The notes beneath the pieces are model-generated. The model had not been told where the DNA came from, ran no database searches, and saw nothing but the letters and a program-made list of their open reading frames with translations. Positions 55,900 to 64,000 of a stretch of DNA of 64,000 bases are shown piece by piece. The DNA is from the human T2T-CHM13v2.0 reference genome, Homo sapiens. Location of the stretch: assembly GCF_009914755.1 (NCBI RefSeq), contig NC_060929.1; one strand, given 5' to 3'. Made by a program: the position numbers and the translations under genes. Position 1 is the first letter of the stretch. Each line of letters starts with the position of its first letter.

Positions 55900-56100
55900 G
55901 GTTGTGGCCATGCATAAGAAACAGCAGGTGGTGCCAGATGACAGATGGTGTGGGAGCGCGTTCCCCGGTAGGAGGGGGCGCGAGCGAGCAAGCAGGCAGG
56001 CAGCTGCCAGGAGCTCTTCCCTGCTCGCTCACGCCTGCTCTCAGAAGCTCCGATCCAGACACACGCGAGGCGCTGTCCTTTCAGCACCACAAGCTCGGGC
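55900..56100 (+). promoter_or_regulatory. NSG2: NSG2 proximal promoter / small CpG-rich patch
   Basis: Local CpG enrichment, GC-box-like ggagggggcg, four E-boxes, REST half-sites, upstream of a gtaagt donor. Confidence 0.75.
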
Positions 56101-56180
56101 TGAGGAGGGAGGACTCCTGGCCGTCCTCCTCCTCTTCAAATTGGCTTGAATCTGCTCTGACCCCCCACGAGTGCAGCACA
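56040..56180 (+). other. NSG2: NSG2 non-coding exon 1 (start approximate)
   Basis: gtaagt donor at 56181, 890 bp upstream of the ATG exon. Confidence 0.75.
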
Positions 56181-56975
56181 GTAAGTAGGCATTTGTTTTT
56201 GCTATAACCACTCCCCAATATCCTCCAACCCCTTTCACCCCCACAACAACCCTGTTTTGTCTAAACGTTCCATCAGCAGGATTGAGAGAAGAAATTCAGT
56301 TGTGTTGAGCTTCTGGGGGTGGGAGGGGAGCACCATTTGACTTCTAAGGGATCTGGAGATGAATAAATGTGATTTGTTTATTTAGTTGGCAATCCTGCAA
56401 TATGGGGGCTGCTAACTTTCCATGGAACCAAAAAAAAAAAAAAATGGCCCTTCGCTATTGAGGAAATGGAGGCATTCCATGGCTGAATAACAGGATCAGG
56501 TTCAAGCTAGCCTTTTTTTTGTTTGTTTTTATTTTAGGAAATTGCACCTCATGTACAATCCACATATGATGTAACAGGGTACACATTGAGACGTTGAATG
56601 TATTTATTGTGTTTTAGGGTATTGCTGATGGAAAACCAACATAATAGAATAGCAACCAGAGTGGTGAGGTGAAATTTATCATACTGCAGGCGGGGGGGGT
56701 GGTATAATAGGACTTCATTTTGCACTAAGTATAATCTTTTTACTGGCATTGTGTGAGCACTTTAGCTCTAGTGTCTTGGGTATTTGTTTTACACTTATAT
56801 TTTTTGTGTGTATAGGTTTAGGATTTTCCTTGAATTCCTTAAATTTGAGTGCTGTTGAACCCCATGGGAAGGTGGCATATTTTGATGATTAAAGAAGTTT
56901 TGTTGGACAATGGGAATCATGTCTGGAAATCTAGTGGAAGATCAATGACTGATCACTAGATTGAAAGCCACTTGA

Positions 56976-57353
<378 letters not shown>

Positions 57354-58554
57354 TAGTTATTCCTTCCAGAGCCAAGACATCTCTTGTGTTATTTCAGATT
57401 TATGGTAAGTGTTTATTCATTTTTTGTTCATATCTGCATAAATGGGCAAGCAAATTGATCTTTCCTTGTTAAAGTTTTCTTACAGCTGGTGAATACTAAT
57501 AAGCTTCTAGGTGGTGACAGAAAATTCATCTTGATTATTTTGGGAAGGTCTTTCAAAAATTGACAGGTATAGATTTGAGGACAGAGGATTGGATTCACTC
57601 AAACAAGCATTCAGTTTGTACCTGCTAAGGCCCTGTCCCTATACTAGGAGTTGGTTATAAAAAGACAAAATTACAAAATCCTTTTCTAGTATGACAGATT
57701 AATTCATCCTGGTAAATGTTATACCTGAGCATTACAAAGATTGTGAGGGTGCACAGGTGGAAACAACTAAATTCTATTGGGGTGGAGAAGGTTTGGGAAT
57801 GGGACTGAGAAGACAGGTTAGGCAAACTGCAGAGGAGAGCATTTGAATTGGGCTTTTAAAGGTGAGTAAAAACCCTTCCTGGCAGACCATGGAGTGGGGA
57901 AGGGAAGGCATTTTTAAGGCAAAGGGCACACATATGCAAAGCATGGAGAGCTTTAGGGGAGCAGCATGACTGCAGGAGAGTGTCTTTTGGGGAGGCGTGG
58001 CTGGAAATGAGTGACTGGCTGATGGCACATCTCCTGACATGGGAGTAGTCCATGAAGAATGGAGGTGGGCATTCACACAAAGGTGGGATGGGGGTTATGG
58101 ACACAGAAGGGAGAAATAGTATCATTTCAGGTCCACCTGAGACAACCTGGGGTTTTATTATGTGAGCTTTTGTACACGGTAAGGGAGAGACTTGGAGGCC
58201 AATGATGGAGTTCCCTGGCTTAAGAGCGAACAATGGATCATTCCATCTGTTTGATTTCCCATTGGCATCTGCAGGAGGGCATTGTGTGTCTTAACCAATT
58301 GGCTTCAACCAATCAACAGAAGAGGAGCCAAAGCTAGATAAAGGGGCTGCTGATTGGCCAGAGGTTGAATCATTTGTTTTGAAAGTGCAGAGATTGTCAA
58401 TAGGAGAACGTGCAGGGGTGGGGTGGCAGACAGAGAGAATTCTTAAGTGCCATCCTAAGGAACTGGTAAAGCCTTTAAAGATAAATTCTGAACAGGCAAC
58501 TAACACTAAAGAGATGAGAAGGGGCAATATTAATAGAGTATGTGCTACATGTAT

Positions 58555-58735
58555 ATCAGAGCTTCTTGGTTTTGAACTGCATATTAGAATCACCTGGGGA
58601 GATTTTGAAACTCCTGCTTTCTAGACCATGACCCAGAACAATTGTATCAGAGTCTCTGAGAGTGAGACCCAGGCATTAATATGAATGAAATCTCCCAGGT
58701 GGCTCCTGCATGCAGCCAAAGTTGAGGACCATTGT
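58555..58735. mobile_element. MER5A/B DNA transposon
   Basis: attagaatcacctggggag...cccaggtg...gcagccaaagttgaggaccattg. Confidence 0.85.
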
Positions 58736-59394
58736 TTTAGGTGTGCATTAACCTGGGAGTCAGGGATTATTCATTCATATTTGTAGATGAAAATTTGGTG
58801 AGTTATCCAAGCTCACAGAAGGAGTAAGTAGAAATGTTGGAGTTTGAACCCAGATATAAGTAGAGGTTGGGTAGGAGAAGGGAGAGATATTCTCTTGGGG
58901 CTTTATGAGGCCAACAGCTATAGCCTTGCAGATCTGCATGTCTTTAAGAAGTGTGAAAAGAAAAGGGATTGTGGTGAGGTCATCTCTCCCCTAGCCTTCT
59001 ACATGCCTGCAGGTCATCTAGAGATTATCATGGTCTCTGTCCCCCCTTACTCTCCCACCCACCTCCCAGGGCTTTATTCTTTCCTTGAGAGAGGAGGCAG
59101 GTCTGATAACCACTGAGTATCCAGTCCAGGTGCACCAGAAGCTGTCCCAAAGCCTGAAGGATAATGCATTGTCTCTCATAGTGGGCCTGCATGCATGCAA
59201 CGTGAAGCCAATTATCCTGAAAGATCCAGGGCACCCAGTTTGACACTCTGATTGTCATCACACAGTCTTTCACCAGGGTGGCCTCAGTTTCCTGTTTTTT
59301 TGATATGGGGAGGATCACATCTACCTCACAATGGTCAGAACAAAGTTAGATGTGGCATTATACGTAAAGTGCCTGGTAAAAAAAAACCGCAAGA

Positions 59395-59738
<344 letters not shown>

Positions 59739-61417
59739 TCAAGTGCTTCCTAAATTCTAAGCTATATGTGCACGCGCACGTGCACACACACACACACACA
59801 ATCACTCACACATGTGTGCAATTTTCTTTCTTCTTCTCAGGAATTAATAGGCCCCAGTGAGGGAGTCACTACTTTGGTCTGAATTTTACAGAAGCTGAGA
59901 CACAGAGTGGTAAAGTAGTTCCCCATAGCAAATAGCTGGGAAAGCATCCTGGACATAGAGCCCAGGCAGTGCTGTTCCAGAACCTTCTACCTCAGCAGGA
60001 ATGAGGAGTGAGCCAGCCTGGGAGTCCCCAGGTGTGGTCTGTGGCTCAACCTCAGCCACTGACCCACAGTGCGCTCCATTCCCCTCTCTTAGGTCTGTGT
60101 TCTCTGAGTGGAAAATTGTATTATCAGTTTTCTGTGCTAATATTTAGATTTTAGAATCTTTACAAGAGTAATTACATTGTTTCCCTGACATGAGAACAGA
60201 TGTGTTCAAAGTAAATTTTGCTCAAGAAGCCAAAGGTCCTCTAAATGCTTAGAATAGTGTCCAGATGACCAGCAAGGACTCTGAAGCCACCTCTTTAGGT
60301 GGGTTCAAATCCCACTCCAACTCTTACCAGCCTGCTTTGGCTAAGAACTTGGAGGGTAGTTTCTTAAGTTGCCTCAGCATCAGTCTTCTAGTGTATAGAA
60401 TGGGGACGCTAATTTTGGGACTCACTCACAGGACTTTTGTAGAGGAGGCAGAGTGAGCCCTGACACAGCTGTCAGCTGTCAGCCCTTTGGTTAGGCTCCA
60501 GTCAGATGGTGAGTACTTGAAGCTAAGATGGTTATCACAAAGAAGGATATTTGACCCCAATGTCAGATCATGGCTTTTCTTTTTGAAAATGTAAAATACA
60601 GAGTATGCTTGTAATACTGAAAATCAGTATTCTAAGTATCCTTTAGTAGTATGAAATCTGAATTTCAAGAGAACAGCTTCTGGAGGCTAGCTGGAGTCCT
60701 CTCGTGGAACGTGTCTGAAGACTTGTTCCAGGCCAGGGAGGGGACTATGCAGGGCATTCAGGTTATTTCAGTTAATCTTCCCAGTAGCCTTGTGAGGTGG
60801 ATCTCAGTGCACCCATTTCACTCATGAGGAAACTGAGGCTCAGGACAATATAGTGGCCTGCCTAAACTTTACAGATGAAGAGTGGAAGGGCTAGGGTTGG
60901 AACCTCAGTGTACTTGATGTTCCAACTTTTTTTTTCTGCATTGCACTGCCTTCAGTAAGAAGTCTCTCATTCTGGGAGAGTGCTTCCTCAAACTCTAGGC
61001 TTCCTCATCCATGGCTGCCCCTTGAGCCCTCCCCCTGGCAGGCTCCTGGACCTGGAAGGGACCTGGACTGGTCCCCCAGACAGAACACCAGAGGCCCCAG
61101 TGCTCTCTCCCTGCCTGGTGCTGGAGAGACTGGTGTTTGCCTCAGGGAAGAGCAGCAGGCTCCTGAGTTGCCTCCTGCCTCTTCTCCCTTTCATGCGACT
61201 CACTGCCGCCAAGCCTCCACACTGCCCCCAAGCCTCCCCAGGGCTGTGCCTTGGTCCTTCTCCCATGGAAACCTTCTGCATCTCCTCACCCCACAACATC
61301 CCATCCCTGAATCTTGACCTTGCCACTCCAGCTCTTTCACCATCTGGCCTGCGCTGGCCTCCATTCCTTTCACTCCCACGTTGCGCCTCGAATGTTAGCG
61401 TGCCAGACCTACCTGCA

Positions 61418-61650
61418 GCAGCGGTGCTCCATGGGGGCGATTCTCTCTCCCTGGGGGGCAGTTAGCAATGTCTGGAGACATTTTTCGATGTCACAACTAG
61501 AGGGAGGATTCTACTGGCATTTTATGGGTGGAGGCCAGGAATGGTGCTAAATATCCTATAATGTACAGGACACCCAAGTCCCCCAGTCCTGCCCCTGGGT
61601 AGAATTATCCTGCCCCAAATGTCAACAGCGCCAAGGTTGGGAAACCCTGC
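61418..61650. mobile_element. MER20 hAT DNA transposon
   Basis: gcaatgtctggagacattttt...aatgtcaacagcgccaaggttgggaaaccctg. Confidence 0.88.
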
Positions 61651-61844
61651 CCTAGAGTCTTGCATACTCCCCAGGATGTTCCATGCCTTCACCTCCATGA
61701 ACATGCCATTCCTTCTGCCCAGAATGCCCTTCTGGCTCCTTTGCTTGTATGATGTCAATATTAATCTTTCTAAACCCAGTTCAGACAGCACCTCTCCTGA
61801 ATGCCTTCCTTGACCACTGATAAGTATAGCTGTAGTTGTACCTA

Positions 61845-62405
61845 TTCATTCATTCGTCGTCCATCTATCCATCCATCCACCAATCCATCCATCCATCTAC
61901 CCATCCATTCATCATCCATCCATCCATCCATCCAGCAAGTCTTATAGGGTACCCTCTGTGAGCCAGGCACTGTGCTAGGCCATAGGTACACAGCAATGAA
62001 AAGACAGCATTGGCCACTGCTTTCATGGAGCTTCCAGTCCAATGAGAAAGAGAGACTTCAAACAATCCATCATACACATAAAAGCATATAGATGCAAATT
62101 GTGAGAAGGGCTATTAAGGAAAGAACAAGATGTTGTAATGTAAGGAGAGATAAGACATATAGGGGACCTAATTATAATGACAAGGTGGTCAGGCAGCAGG
62201 CCTAACTGAGCCCTCAGAAGGGTGGAGGAACGATCAGGGGGCCACATTGGCTGGTGATGTCAAATGGTGGGGAGAGACTTAAGAGATGAGGTGGGGTGGG
62301 TACCAGTTTATGTGGATTGTTTGTTTTTTTCAAAAGGTATTTAAAGCAGGAGAGTCACAGGATCAGAGTTTGATTTTGGAAGATTGCCCTCATTGCTGTG
62401 AGCCA
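61845..62405. mobile_element. L2 with (TCCA)n microsatellite at 61845-61935
   Basis: cattcattc/(tcca)n tail followed by gccaggcactgtgctaggc. Confidence 0.8.
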
Positions 62406-64000
62406 CCCTAGGGACAAGGGACAGGTTCAGTCTCATGCTTGGTCTTCTGATCTCCTCTACTTCTTTCTGTCCAATCAGTCCTCCACGCAGCACCAGATTA
62501 GTGTCCCCCAAAACAGGGGTGACTGAGTTGCCTGAAGCACCCCCGATATGGGAGTAGAAGAAAGGAATGGGAGGTCTGACACCAGTTAGAAGGCCACTAC
62601 TACATTCAGGGAGGAGAGGGTAGTGGGGCAGTGGCAGTGGGGTGGGGAGGCTAGTGGTATTGAGATGTGGTACCAGGTTGATTGGGAGGAGAATTTGCTT
62701 TCTCTGCTCCATTTGCCCACTAGACCTGAGGCCCCAGCTAGACCTGAGGCTGTGTCATCTCGGTAGCCTTAGGCCTGGCCTGCAGTGGGCAGTGGAAATT
62801 ACTGGCTGATCCCCTCTCTTGCCTAGCTTAAAACTGGACTCAATTTCTCTACTTGGTAGCTGAGGAAATAGACTCAAATCTAGGTGGCTTTCTCCAGGCC
62901 ATGGGAGCAAGCTCCTGAAAAGCTGGAACATTAGTTTGCAGACATCAAATTTCAGGACATGCCTTTGGTGCTTTGCTGCCTTTGGTTCATCTAAGTAGCC
63001 ACAATAACCCAGGTGTCCCCACAAGCCCTGTGACGTTGCTACCATAATCCCCATTTTACAGGTGCAGAAACAGGCTCAGACAGGTGGAAGGCTGTCCTAG
63101 GGTGCATCAAAGGAAAACAGTGCAGCCAAGATCTGCATGCACGTGTGCTGGGAAGGGTGGCAGGTGTGCAGAAAGCAAACCATAGACAGGCACAACCCAC
63201 CTTGGCAGAGCCACAGGGGAACCATAATCGGCAAGTCTGCTGCTGCGCTCTGGGCAAACGCTTCTTTTCTTTCTATTGATTATTAAGTCTTTATGCATCT
63301 TGGAGGAGGTCACTTACCTGCTTGTGGGAGGAGAGGAACACAGATATTTAGAAACTAATGACTAATGTATGGCATGCTTTAAATTTTGCACAGTAGGCCA
63401 CATGCACTTCATAGTCCTAGAGACCTGGGTTCAAATCTCAGCTAAGCTATTTACTTACTGTGTAGCTTTAGGCACATTGCTTAGCATCTCTGGGCTTTGA
63501 GTTTGTTCAGCCCTAAAACAGGCAATAATATCTACCTCAGAGGGTGCTGATGAGGGAAACAGTGTGACAGTTGTCTAATGGGCCCAGCTCAGTGCAAGGC
63601 ATACTGAGGGAGAGCACAGATAGGGTTTCCTTTCTTTCACTGGGCATCCAGAATATGTCTCTTGAAGATGATAGGTTTAGAAGGAGACTGCAGAATTGGA
63701 GCATGCTGAGAAGGATGGGGTTTCACAGGTGGGTGTGGGGCGGGGTGGGGCCTGATGATGCTCTGCAGGGGAGGCCTGAAAGGGGACCTATGGCTGTCAC
63801 TGAGGCCTGTGTGCCTTCTGGGCCTCTCCCTGGGCTTTCCGCAGTGTTTCTTTTTCTCTCCGAGACACAGGATATGAGAAACATAGGCTTTCCCCAGGGA
63901 ACAACAGAAATGCACATCACTGCAGGCTCCAGGCCCTAGAGCCCCCTGGTTCTTCAGAGAATCTCAAGAGATGAATTGTAAATCATCTCAAATTGGGACA

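Noticed and set aside
55758-56244. Overlapping ORFs across the NSG2 promoter
   Set aside because: Expected in GC-rich DNA; no recognisable homology
61097-61126. Possible long-spacer RE1 on the minus strand (TCCAGCACC...AGAGAGCAC)
   Set aside because: Right half is too degenerate to support

Overview
Human genomic DNA (human-specific AluYa5 and AluYb8 are present). Recognised from recalled protein sequences as the C5orf47-NSG2 (HMP19) interval on chr5q35. The + strand carries C5orf47 coding exons 2-4 and a probable 3'UTR exon (exon 1 lies upstream of the window). A ~40 kb repeat-dense intergenic region follows, then the NSG2 promoter, non-coding exon 1 and first coding exon. Repeats include a full-length inactive L1PA2/3-type LINE-1 holding two young Alus, a 3'-truncated older L1PA, an Hsmar1 mariner fragment, ERVL remnants, an RPL12 processed pseudogene and many Alu/L1M/L2/MIR/MER copies. 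Almost all ORFs in the supplied track are repeat-derived. I see no demonstrable new biological system. The best leads are: (1) a divergent split REST site, an E-box cluster and hairpins at the NSG2 start; (2) an L1 antisense promoter aimed at the ATG-bearing NSG2 exon; (3) a ~1 kb poly(A)/TSD-flanked insert of old repeats inside an L1MA; (4) a ~93% identical local inverted duplication; (5) a 57-bp tandem duplication upstream of NSG2. Repeat subfamily calls and boundaries are by eye.
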